DNA of 64,000 nt from an uncultured Pseudomonadota bacterium (lineage in GTDB: Bacteria > Myxococcota_A > Polyangia > Fen-1088). This document shows, in pieces, positions 20,326-29,231 of the stretch (its first letter is position 1; each line of letters begins with the position of its first letter). The stretch covers positions 498,691 to 562,690 of the forward strand of contig CAWKBC010000030.1 of NCBI GenBank assembly GCA_963847705.1, in the 5' to 3' direction. Below the pieces are notes generated by a model that had not been told where the DNA came from, searched no databases, and saw nothing but the letters and a program-made list of their open reading frames with translations. Made by a program: the position numbers and the translations under genes.

Positions 20326-22222
20326 TCAGAGGCCCGGCACGCGGCCGGACTGGATGCGGAGCAGCGCGGCCACCAGCGCGTCGATGTCCTGGCAGGTGTT
20401 GTAGGGGGCCAGCGAGGCGCGGACCGTGCTCTCCAGGCCGAAGCGGCGCAGGATCGGTTGGGCGCAGTGGTGACCAGAGCGCACGGCGATCCCTTCCTGA
20501 TCGAGGGCCTTGCCGACGTCCTCGGTCCGCGCACCGTCGAGGACGAACGAGAGCACGCCGGCCTTTTCGGGCGCGGTCCCGATCAGGTGAAGCCCGGGGA
20601 CACGCGCCAGCTCTCCCGTCGCATACTCGAGCAGCTCGTGCTCGTAGGCGCCGATCCGCTCGCGGCCGATGGCGTTGACGTAGTCGAGCGCGGCGCCCAG
20701 GCCGACGGCGTCGGCGATGTTGCCGGTGCCCGCCTCGAACCGCAGGGGCGGCGCTTGATAGGTCGTCTTCTCGAACCGCACGTCGCTGATCATGTTCCCC
20801 CCACCTTGCCAGGGGGGCATGGCTTCCAGGACATCTGTCTTTCCGAACAGAGCCCCGATGCCGGTCGGCCCGAAGATCTTGTGGCCGGAGAAGCAGTAAA
20901 AGTCGCAGTCCAAGGCCTGGACGTCGACGGGCAGGTGCGAGACCGCCTGAGCTCCGTCGATCAAGACGCGCGCGCCATAGCGATGGGCGATCTCGATCAT
21001 CTGCTTGACCGGAACGATGGTCCCGAGCGCGTTCGAGACCTGCGAGACCGAGACCAGCCGCGTGCGCGGCCCCAGCAGCTTCTCGTACTCCTCGAGAATG
21101 ACCTGGCCCCGATCGTCGACCGGCGCCACCCGCAGGCGCGCGCCCGTCGCGGCGGTGAGCTGCTGCCAGGGGACGATGTTGGCGTGGTGCTCGAGCCAGG
21201 AGATCACGATCTCGTCCCCTTCGGCGACGTGGCGACGGCCCCAGCTCTGGGCCACGAGGTTGATCGCCTCCGTCGTTCCGCGCACGAAGACGATGTTCTT
21301 GGACGAAGGGGCGTTCAAGAAGCGTGCGGTCTTGTCCCGCGCAGACTCGTAGGCGTCGGTGGCGCGGGCCGCCAGCTCGTGCGCCGCGCGATGGACGTTG
21401 GAGTTCTCGTGCTCATAGAAGTACGAGAGGCGTTCGATGACCGCGCGCGGTTTCTGCGTGGTGGCCGCGTTGTCCAGCCAGACCAGCCGCCGCCCGTGGA
21501 CGCGCTCCTCCAGGATGGGGAAGTCGCGCTTGATGCTGAGGGGATTGAAGAATCCCGCCGGCGGCGGGGAGATCGGGGACCAGCTCGGGCTGGAACTCGC
21601 TGACGAGCGAGAGCCCAGGCGAGAGCTCCGGCGCCGTGGCCGGAACGGCGGTCGCGGGCACCGGCGTGGCGGGCGAAGCCGGGAACGCGGGCGACGTCGG
21701 GAACGCAGGCGCGGTGGACCACCCGGGCAAGGCGAGCGGTGCGGTCGACAGCGGCGAGGCGGGCGTCGCGGGCAGCGAGGGTGTCGCCGGCGAACCCGGC
21801 AGGGAAGGCGAACCCGGCAGGGGGGGCGAACCCGACGACGCAGGCGTAGCCGACGACGCAGGCGAACCCGGCAACGCAGGCGAACCCCACGACGCCGGCG
21901 AACCCGACGATGCAGGTGACGGGTGCCCCGCGATCTGGAGAAAATATGGCGTCGGTGACGCCGCGGCGGGCGGCGTCTCGACCAGTGCCAGGGGCGCCGA
22001 CCCCCCCAGGAAGTTGGCCATCGTCAACGGGAGCGTGCGAAGGTCGCTCTCGGTGGGCGGCGGGGCGACCGCCCAGAGGGGCGGCGTCGTTGCGGCGCCC
22101 GGCACCGGCGGCAGATGCCCCGCCGACCCGGGGGCCTGCGCAAACAGCTCCCCCGCCAGCCGGGTGATGGCAGCGGTCAGGTCGCCTTCCGGCAATCTGG
22201 CCGGTGGATCACTTGTACTCAT
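20326..22222 (-). CDS. Family 2A encapsulin cargo cysteine desulfurase (SufS-like) with N-terminal disordered cargo-loading domain; one +1 frameshift near 21566
   Basis: RDFPIL, LDNAATTQKP, FSGHKIFGPTGIG, VRSGHHCAQP in one frame; ITRLAGELF plus Pro/Ser/Ala-rich N-terminus in another frame, starting within the encapsulin 3' end. Confidence 0.85.
21789..21914. repeat. Seven imperfect tandem 18-bp repeats encoding SPASSG-like hexapeptides
   Basis: GGCGAACCCG(G/A)C... recurs every 18 bp. Confidence 0.8.
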
Positions 22223-23165
22223 GGTAGCTGCCGACCTCGACGTCTTCGAGCACGCCGAGCGCGTCGTCCGTCAGGACCGCCGCCGAGCAGTAGAGCGACA
22301 CCAGGTAAGAGGCCGCCCCCTTCTGGTCGATGCCCCGCAGGCGAACCGACAGGCTGGGGCTCACCTCTCCCGGCAGCCCGGGCTGGAACAGCCCGACGAC
22401 GCCGCGTTTCTTCTCACCGGTCCGGAGCAGGAGGATGCTGGTGGTCCCGCGGCCGTCCTTCTTGCCAGCGGCGCCGGCGTGCCCCGTGATGCCGACCTTG
22501 TCCGAGGGGATGATGGGGATTCCACGCCAGGTGATGAAGGGCGAGCCGAACAGCGACACCGTCGCCGGCGGAACGCCGCGACGGGTGCACTCCCGCCCGA
22601 ACGCCGCGATGGCCCTGGGGTGGGCCAGGAAGAACGCCGGCTCCTTCCAGACGCGGGTGATCAACTCGTCGAGATCATCCGGCGTCGGCGCACCGGCCCG
22701 CGTCGCCACCCGCGACGCCTTGCTGGCGTTGCTCAGCAGACCGTAGTTCGCGTTGTTGACCAGCTCGTGCTCCTGCCGCTCCTTCAACATCTCGATGAGG
22801 ACGCCGAGCTGTTCGCGCACCTGGTCCATCGGGCTGCGATAGAGATCGGAGATCCGCGTCTGCACGTCGATGGTGGTGGTGACCGTGCTGAGCGTGTACT
22901 CGCGCGGCTGCTCTTCGTAGTCGATGAAGGCCGTCGGCAGCTCGTCGCCATCACCGGGACTGCAGGCCAGCGCGATCCCCGAGTCGGTCGCCTCTTTGAC
23001 CTTGTTCACCCGGTAGGTGCCGGACTCGACCGGCACCCAGGGGAGAAGATTGACCAGCCACCGCGGCGTGACACCGATCCACTGGGGCGGTGTCTTGGTC
23101 GTGTTGGCGAGGTTGCGGGCGGCGGTTGCGCCCAGGGTGGGGTGAGATCTGTTGGCGTCGGGCAT
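22209..23165 (-). CDS. Family 2A encapsulin shell protein (SrpI-like)
   Basis: AARNLANTTKTPPQW..TPRWL..LPWVPVESGTYRVN, PTPDDLDELI, AHPRAIAAFGRECTRRGVPP. Confidence 0.93.
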   Translation of the reverse strand: MPDANRSHPTLGATAARNLANTTKTPPQWIGVTPRWLVNLLPWVPVESGTYRVNKVKEATDSGIALACSPGDGDELPTAFIDYEEQPREYTLSTVTTTIDVQTRISDLYRSPMDQVREQLGVLIEMLKERQEHELVNNANYGLLSNASKASRVATRAGAPTPDDLDELITRVWKEPAFFLAHPRAIAAFGRECTRRGVPPATVSLFGSPFITWRGIPIIPSDKVGITGHAGAAGKKDGRGTTSILLLRTGEKKRGVVGLFQPGLPGEVSPSLSVRLRGIDQKGAASYLVSLYCSAAVLTDDALGVLEDVEVGSYHEYK

Positions 23166-23327
23166 GTCCGTCTCTTTCTGTAATCTGATCCGTGATGCGC
23201 TGGGGCGAAGCTATCGGCGCGGCGGTCGGGGGTACAAGATCCAGTTGTTGGCCGGGGCGACCCCCCAGGCTTTCTCTCCGTCAACGCGGAGCGACTTCCG
23301 CAATCGTGGAAGTGGGGGTGGAGAGGG

Positions 23328-23939
23328 TCACCTGGCGCCCTCGACGTAGGTCATCACCAGATACATCACGGCCTCGGCAGCGCCGGGATTCCGATAGCGG
23401 TGGGGCACGTCGGCGCTGAACAGGATCGCGTCTCCGACCTCCAGGCGGTGAGCGACGTTGTCGACTTCGATCTCGACGGCGCCGGCCGTCACCACCAGGT
23501 TCTCGGTCGTTCCGGGGGGGTGAGGGGGCGCTTGCTCTTCGCCCGCGGACTTGAGCCGCAGCTCGTAGAACTCCGTCCGGTTGCGGCGTTCGTCGAAGGG
23601 AAACAGGGCGCGGGAGGTGAAGGTCCCGTCTTGATTGGACAGCAACTTCCCGGAGCGCGCAGGCAAGACGATCGCAGCGCTGTTGGTCCGATCGATGAGA
23701 CTGGAGAAGGGGACCTCCAGTGCCCGTGCGACCTTCCAGAGGACGTTGATGGTCGGCGCGCTCTGACCGAGCTCGACCTGGCTCAGCATCGCCCGGCTCA
23801 CCCCGGAGCGGCGTGCCAGTCTTTCCAGCGACAGGCCCCGTTTGCTGCGCAATCTCCGGAGGTTCGGACCGAGGGCCGGCAGAACCTCGTCGGCAGGTCT
23901 CGACTCCAAGGCGCCGCCCCCCTTCGTCCGCTGTGGCAT
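23328..23939 (-). CDS. XRE HTH plus cupin transcriptional regulator (SutR/PuuR-like)
   Basis: SLERLARRSGVSRAMLSQVELGQSAPTINVLWK; HPPGTTE; FSADVPHRYRN. Confidence 0.9.
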   Translation of the reverse strand: MPQRTKGGGALESRPADEVLPALGPNLRRLRSKRGLSLERLARRSGVSRAMLSQVELGQSAPTINVLWKVARALEVPFSSLIDRTNSAAIVLPARSGKLLSNQDGTFTSRALFPFDERRNRTEFYELRLKSAGEEQAPPHPPGTTENLVVTAGAVEIEVDNVAHRLEVGDAILFSADVPHRYRNPGAAEAVMYLVMTYVEGAR

Positions 23940-23952
23940 TAAAACGGACTAT

Positions 23953-23970
23953 TGTCCGTTATGATGGACG
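23953..23970. promoter_or_regulatory. 18-bp palindromic operator, copy 2 (upstream of XRE-encapsulin-desulfurase genes)
   Basis: TGTCCGTTATGATGGACG. Confidence 0.55.
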
Positions 23971-24010
23971 AGTCAAGCGCGCTGTGCGCGTCCGCGGCCC
24001 AGACCGATCG

Positions 24011-24631
24011 CTACCGTCCGTAGACGATGACGTTGTGGTAACGGGCCTCCGAGCCGCCGGAGTTCTCGTAGACGTGGGGCTTGTTGGCGTCGAACACCAC
24101 CGAGTCTCCGGGGCCCAGCTCGTCGCTGTGATCTCCGACGGTCATTCGCATCGACCCGCTCAGCACCACCACGATCTCGCGTGTTCCCGGCCCGTGCGGC
24201 TCGGAGACGTGGCGCGCGCGGGCGGCCAGCCGGAGCTCGTACATCTCGATCTGGGGGATTCCCGAGGCGGGCATGAGCGGTCGGCTGTCGAACTTCCCGT
24301 CGAGCGACCGCAGAAGCTGGGCCTCTCCGCGTCTCAGGACCGACAGTCCCGTGCGCGCCTCGCCGATCAGGTCGGAGAACGTGACGCCCAGGCCGGAGGC
24401 GATCTTCCAGAGCACCCCGATCGTCGGATTGGTCTTCCGCGTCTCGATCTGGGAAAGGGCCGCCCGGCTGACGCCGGTGAGCTGCGCCAGCTGGTCGAGG
24501 GACATCTCGCGGCGCTTCCGCTGCTCGCGCAGGTGATCCGCGACGCGACCGGCCAGCTCCGCGGCCCCGATCTCGTCGCCCGAGGGGATGGGCGCACCTC
24601 GAAGACCAGCCGCCGCCTTTTTCCTGGGCAT
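24011..24631 (-). CDS. Second XRE HTH plus cupin transcriptional regulator
   Basis: SLDQLAQLTGVSRAALSQIETRKTNPTIGVLWK; HGPGTRE; FDANKPHVYEN. Confidence 0.9.
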   Translation of the reverse strand: MPRKKAAAGLRGAPIPSGDEIGAAELAGRVADHLREQRKRREMSLDQLAQLTGVSRAALSQIETRKTNPTIGVLWKIASGLGVTFSDLIGEARTGLSVLRRGEAQLLRSLDGKFDSRPLMPASGIPQIEMYELRLAARARHVSEPHGPGTREIVVVLSGSMRMTVGDHSDELGPGDSVVFDANKPHVYENSGGSEARYHNVIVYGR

Positions 24632-24757
24632 GGCGGGACGGTATCACGCGATGGCCTGGTCCAATATGGGCAGGGATGTCCGCGGCCCAAGGGAGAGGGC
24701 TCCAGGGACTCCTGCGGGGCAGCGGCCCGGCCCGGCCCGTCTCGCGTTGTAAACTGA

Positions 24758-24775
24758 AGTCCCGTATAGTAGACA
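24758..24775. promoter_or_regulatory. 18-bp palindromic operator, copy 3 (abuts cysE ATG)
   Basis: AGTCCCGTATAGTAGACA followed directly by ATG. Confidence 0.65.
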
Positions 24776-25735
24776 ATGGCCACCATGCTGCGCACAGCCG
24801 ATTCGCAGGCCGCCGCGTTCGACTCTTTTGCGGACGTCGTCGATGACATCTGCGCCGCCAACGAAGATCTCCTGCGCGGCCGTCGCAAGCAGCGGGGACG
24901 TCACGCGCTGCCCTCCCGGGCCGCTGTGGCCGCGGTGGTCGACGATCTGCGGTCGGTGCTGTTTCCCGGGCACTTCGGCGCGACCGACCTGGCGCCGACC
25001 AGCATCCGCTACTACGTGGGCGCGCAGCTCGACAAATTGCAGGTCGCGCTCACCGAGCAGGTGCGCCGCGGGCTCTCCCTGGTCTGCGATCATGACGACG
25101 TCACCGGCGCGGGCGAATGCCGCCGGTGCGACCAGGAGGCCTCCGACGCCACGGAGGCTCTGGTCATTCATCTTCCGACGATCCGGAGAATGCTGGAGAC
25201 CGACCTCAAGGCGGCGTTCGCCAGCGATCCCGCGGCCACCTTCCTGGACGAGACGCTCTATTGCTACCCGGGGGTCCTGGCGATCACGCAGCACCGGATC
25301 GCGCACGAGCTCTACAGTCTCTCGGTCCCCCTGATCCCGCGCATCATCTCCGAGCTGGCGCACGCGGCCACCGGGATCGACATTCACCCGGGCGCCAAGA
25401 TCGGACCGTACTTCTTCATCGATCACGGGACCGGGGTGGTCATCGGCGAGACCTGCGAGATCGGCGCGCGGGTTCGCCTCTATCAGGGGGTGACCTTGGG
25501 CGCGCGCGGATTTCCGATCGATCCGGACGGTCAACTGTTCAAGGGCCCGCGACACCCGATCATCGGGGACGACGTCGTCGTCTACGCGGGCGCCACGGTG
25601 CTTGGCCGCGTGACGATCGGGGAGGGTGCCGTCATCGGGGGGAACGTCTGGCTCACCCGGGACGTGCCGCCCGGCGGCCGCGTCACCCAGGCCCGCCTTC
25701 AGCAGGACACCTTCGAGGGCGGCTCGGGGATCTAG
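24776..25735 (+). CDS. cysE: Serine O-acetyltransferase (EpsC/SrpH type)
   Basis: DPAA, CYPG, TGIDIHPGAKIG, FIDHGTGVVIGET, RHPIIGDDV. Confidence 0.92.
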   Translation: MATMLRTADSQAAAFDSFADVVDDICAANEDLLRGRRKQRGRHALPSRAAVAAVVDDLRSVLFPGHFGATDLAPTSIRYYVGAQLDKLQVALTEQVRRGLSLVCDHDDVTGAGECRRCDQEASDATEALVIHLPTIRRMLETDLKAAFASDPAATFLDETLYCYPGVLAITQHRIAHELYSLSVPLIPRIISELAHAATGIDIHPGAKIGPYFFIDHGTGVVIGETCEIGARVRLYQGVTLGARGFPIDPDGQLFKGPRHPIIGDDVVVYAGATVLGRVTIGEGAVIGGNVWLTRDVPPGGRVTQARLQQDTFEGGSGI

Positions 25736-25754
25736 CCTCTTGCGCCGGCACCGC

Positions 25755-25772
25755 TGTCTAGTATAGTAGACA
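25755..25772. promoter_or_regulatory. 18-bp palindromic operator, copy 4, within a sigma70-like promoter for prx
   Basis: TGTCTAGTATAGTAGACA; TTGCGC at 25740 lies 16 nt before TATAGT. Confidence 0.7.
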
Positions 25773-25960
25773 GTATTGTGGCTCGGAACGAGGGGAGGGC
25801 GGGGAGCCTGTTTGCAGGGAAGGGTCAGGGAGGAGCGGGCCGAGCGGTGGCGGGGCGGGAGCCACCCGCGCGAGAAACGGGGCTTGCGCGGGTGGCCACG
25901 GGGCGGCAGCGCGCCGCGCGGGGATCGCGCGAACAACAACGGTAGACCCAGGAGGACAAC

Positions 25961-26599
25961 ATGGCTCTTCACATCGGAAGCATCGCGCCCGACTTCGAGC
26001 AGGATTCGACGGAGGGAAAAATCAAGCTCCACCAGTGGCTGGGAGACAGCTGGGGCGTTCTCTTCTCCCATCCGGCCGACTTCACCCCCGTCTGCACCAC
26101 CGAGCTCGGCCGGGTGGCCAAGCTGAAACCGGAGTTCGACAGGCGAAAAACCAAGGTGATCGCGCTGTCGGTCGATACGGGCGCCTCGCACAAGAACTGG
26201 ATCCGCGACATCGAGGAGACGCAGGCGACCAGGATCAACTTTCCGATCCTCGCCGACGCGGATCGCAAGGTCTCCACGCTCTACGACATGATCCATCCGG
26301 AGGCGAACGACACCCTGACGGTGCGCTCGGTCTTCATCATCGACCCCAAGAAGAAGATCCGTCTCATCATCACCTATCCCGCCAGCACGGGCCGGAACTT
26401 CGACGAGATCCTGCGGGTCATCGATTCGCTGCAGCTCACCGAGTATCACTCGGTCGCCACCCCCGTCGACTGGAAGAACGGCGACGACGTGGTGATCGTC
26501 CCATCGCTCAAGGATCCGGACGTCCTCCGGCAGAGGTTTCCCAAGGGCTGGCGGGAGATCAAGCCGTACCTCCGCCTGACCCCGCAACCGGATCGGTAG
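25961..26599 (+). CDS. 1-Cys peroxiredoxin (Prx6)
   Basis: FSHPADFTPVCTTELG, YPASTGRNFDEILR; AGGAGG RBS. Confidence 0.95.
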   Translation: MALHIGSIAPDFEQDSTEGKIKLHQWLGDSWGVLFSHPADFTPVCTTELGRVAKLKPEFDRRKTKVIALSVDTGASHKNWIRDIEETQATRINFPILADADRKVSTLYDMIHPEANDTLTVRSVFIIDPKKKIRLIITYPASTGRNFDEILRVIDSLQLTEYHSVATPVDWKNGDDVVIVPSLKDPDVLRQRFPKGWREIKPYLRLTPQPDR

Positions 26600-26765
26600 G
26601 GCGGCGATCCCGGTGGGTCGGGTGGTCCATCACCTCCAGCGCCGCGATCCCCCACTTTCGCTTCCCCGGCGCCGCCGCCACGCGCTCGGGCGTCATGTCG
26701 AGCTTGTGCGTGATCCAGTGGGGGGAGGTGGCGTTGTTCCGGATCGTCTGGTCGACCTCGCGCTG
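26600..26765 (-). pseudogene. Orphan coding fragment of unidentified gene
   Basis: About 55 codons of strong GC3 bias (EVDQTIRNNATSPHWITHKLDM...) with no credible start. Confidence 0.35.
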
Positions 26766-26841
26766 ACGTCGACGTCGTGGGAAGCCGTCCTTCGCGTGAG
26801 CTGGTCGTGTTACTTTCCAAGCTCGTCTGGCGGAAGACCGC

Positions 26842-27075
26842 ATGGAACCACCATCGACCGAGACCGCCGATGTAGACGCGCAGTCGGAAGAGTGGTTCGC
26901 GTCCTACGCGGAGCCCTCGAACCAATCTTCGAACCGACATCGCCGCCTCCGTCACCGTCGCAGTCGCGATCCGAGGCGCCAGCGACGCGACCGGCTGATC
27001 GCGGTGCTGATGGTCGCGTCGGTGGTGTTCGTCGGCGCGATGACGGCCTTCTTCTACGCTGTACTGGTTCGCTGA
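26842..27075 (+). CDS. Small membrane protein
   Basis: Arg-rich stretch followed by one C-terminal TM helix. Confidence 0.5.
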   Translation: MEPPSTETADVDAQSEEWFASYAEPSNQSSNRHRRLRHRRSRDPRRQRRDRLIAVLMVASVVFVGAMTAFFYAVLVR

Positions 27076-27428
27076 CGGTCGGGTTCCAGTCGGGCGCCGC
27101 CGGGCAGACGGGCACCGCGAGAATCTAGGGACCGTTCCCCCGTTTCGTCTCGACAAGCACGAGGTCAGCGTGGCGAGGTCTCGCGCGTTCATGAACGCCG
27201 CCCCAGCCTGGCAGGCCGCCGGGAACCCCGCCGAGCCAACGAGCGGCTCCGTTTTCGACTTCATCGGGTCCACCCCGGAGGCGGTTACAGCGAGAACCTG
27301 ATCCACAGGCGGGTCGAACGGACGCCGGCCGAGCAGAAGCTAAGCTCACGCGGACGCCGCGCCGCTGCGGGCAGGCCATGAGCGCCGGCTTGCGCCCTTG
27401 AACATGGTCGCCATGTTCAAGTGGCGAC

Positions 27429-27755
27429 ATGGGTGGCCGCGCAATCAATGCAATTTTGGGCCTATGGCTTTTTGTTTCGTTATTCCTGTGGCCACACACC
27501 AGGGCTCAGCGCGTGACAGGGTGGACGATCGGGATGTTGGCCGTGACGGCGGCACTCGCTGGAGTGTGTGGGAGAGCTTGGGGCCGCTTGCTGAACGCAG
27601 CTCTGGGGCTATGGTTGGTCGTCTCCGGACTTCTCGTTCCCCGGCTCGGGGTCGCCACCTTCTGGACGGACTACGTCGTGGGTTTTGGGTTGGTGTTCTT
27701 CGCCATACTGCCCAGCTGCATGACGTCTCTGCCAGATCACAGAGCCGACGCATAA
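27429..27755 (+). CDS. SPW-repeat membrane protein
   Basis: Duplicated NAILGLWLFVS / NAALGLWLVVS. Confidence 0.7.
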   Translation: MGGRAINAILGLWLFVSLFLWPHTRAQRVTGWTIGMLAVTAALAGVCGRAWGRLLNAALGLWLVVSGLLVPRLGVATFWTDYVVGFGLVFFAILPSCMTSLPDHRADA

Positions 27756-27808
27756 ACGCCTCCCGGCACGATTCCTTGTCGATCAGCGTCCGCGCTCCCA
27801 AGCTTGTG

Positions 27809-27994
27809 CTAGCGATGACCGCGGCCGCCAAGGTGGTGTCGGCGGTCTCCCGAGGTCACCACACCGCCCGCAAGCAACAGGATCGCCGCCACCAGCGCCA
27901 CGTTGACCACGGGGCCGAGTCCCGGCACCCCCGAGAGTCCCAATAGCAACGTCGCAATCGCCAATAGCGCGAAACCGAATCCCCAATAGAGCAT
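27809..27994 (-). CDS. DUF1328-like small membrane protein
   Basis: MLYWGFGFALLAIATLLLGLSGV, two TM helices. Confidence 0.55.
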   Translation of the reverse strand: MLYWGFGFALLAIATLLLGLSGVPGLGPVVNVALVAAILLLAGGVVTSGDRRHHLGGRGHR

Positions 27995-28099
27995 GATCTC
28001 GCCCCCCTTCCAGTCTTTGGATGAATATCGAGCAAGGGTGGTTACGAGACTGGTCGGCCTCAAACCAACACCGGGCGATCGCCGTCGGTCATCAAGGGG

Positions 28100-28987
28100 T
28101 CAGCTCACGCACGCGTCGGACGAGCGCTGGGGGCCATTCAGCACCTTGGTTGCATCGAGGGCCGGGCGGGACCTGGGAAACCGCTCGACGAGATTGCGGA
28201 GCAGGGCGCGTTCATCCTTGCAGAAGGACATCTGACCAAACACCCGAGCCAGCTGCCACATCGCTTCCGGCGCGTCTGGCGAGTTGGGGTAGGTTGAGAG
28301 CAGGCTCTGAAAAGCTGCCGCCGCGTTCGCATACCTCGCCTCGGTGGCGTACGACAGACCGACCGCTAGGTAGGCTTGCGACGCGCGAGCGTCTTGCGGG
28401 AAGCGCTGAATGAAGACCTGGCAGTAGTGGCGTCCTTTCTCCCTTTGCTCGGAGGCGAGCATTGCCATCGCCTGCCGCCAGAGCTGGTCCTTGTCCTCCG
28501 GTAAGGAAAGCGCGATCTTCTCGGCAAGGTGGGCATCGGTCTGTTCAAGTGCCGCCAGTCGCTTTGCGACCCGGTCTCTCGCTTCGGTGCGCTCCCGGAT
28601 TCCGCACGCGACCGTTTCGGTCACCTTGTCCAGCCGTGTCTGAACATCGGCGATGTTCGCGTCGAGCTTGTCCTCCTTGGCGGCAGTGTCATCGGCAGTG
28701 GCCATCAAAAGCGCCTGAGCCTCCGCGAGGGTTCGGTTCAACTCGGGGATCTGTTTGGCGTGCTCGCCGTCGACATTCTCGAGTGCGTCCAGTCGAGCGC
28801 GAACATCCGCGACGCCGGTTTTCGTTCTCTGTGCCTCGAACGTCGTCATGCAGGCGGGCGTCCCGGTGGCGAGGACTGTCAGACAGAACGCCGCTCGAGC
28901 GAGCAGGACGAAAGGGCGCGATCGGTATGGGGACCACCCCTGATGCTTCAGTGGTCTCGGGTATGTTTCGGTCTCTCTGACGGCCAA
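28100..28987 (-). CDS. CpoB/YbgF-like coiled-coil plus TPR lipoprotein
   Basis: Lipobox-like TPAC, coiled coil, FIQRFPQ and YPNSPDAPEAM TPRs; start uncertain. Confidence 0.75.
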   Translation of the reverse strand: MAVRETETYPRPLKHQGWSPYRSRPFVLLARAAFCLTVLATGTPACMTTFEAQRTKTGVADVRARLDALENVDGEHAKQIPELNRTLAEAQALLMATADDTAAKEDKLDANIADVQTRLDKVTETVACGIRERTEARDRVAKRLAALEQTDAHLAEKIALSLPEDKDQLWRQAMAMLASEQREKGRHYCQVFIQRFPQDARASQAYLAVGLSYATEARYANAAAAFQSLLSTYPNSPDAPEAMWQLARVFGQMSFCKDERALLRNLVERFPRSRPALDATKVLNGPQRSSDACVS

Positions 28988-29016
28988 GATGAACCTCGCT
29001 CTAAGGGAAGACCGTA

Positions 29017-29032
29017 TGCATCCTCCGTACCT
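29017..29032 (-). promoter_or_regulatory. Candidate sigma54 promoter (cpoB-like gene)
   Basis: AGGTACGGAGGATGCA, GG-N10-GC. Confidence 0.4.
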
Positions 29033-29203
29033 CTGCGGTGCGAGTAGGAGCGCCCGTCAGGATCACTTGGACGTCAAGAGAACGCTCAGTCCGCGCCGAC
29101 TCCGTTAAGTCTTTTGAAGCGGCGTCGGACAACGACAGACCCGGACCGGTCGCTGACGGGCGAGTGGTCTGGAAGAGAGGACGGCCTGGTGGCAAGGCCG
29201 AGT

Positions 29204-29219
29204 TGGATCGTCCCTTGCT
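29204..29219 (+). promoter_or_regulatory. Candidate sigma54 promoter, 12 nt before ATG
   Basis: TGGATCGTCCCTTGCT. Confidence 0.65.
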
Positions 29220-29231
29220 CGAATGCCAGAC

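Noticed and set aside
21789-21914. CRISPR-like repeat array
   Set aside because: Contiguous in-frame 18-bp coding repeats with no spacers and no cas genes
23166-23327. SAM riboswitch upstream of the encapsulin
   Set aside because: No SAM-I or SAM-II core consensus recognisable
24651-24672. Fifth copy of the XRE operator (GGTCCAATATGGGCA)
   Set aside because: Spacing and right half-site do not fit the 18-bp consensus
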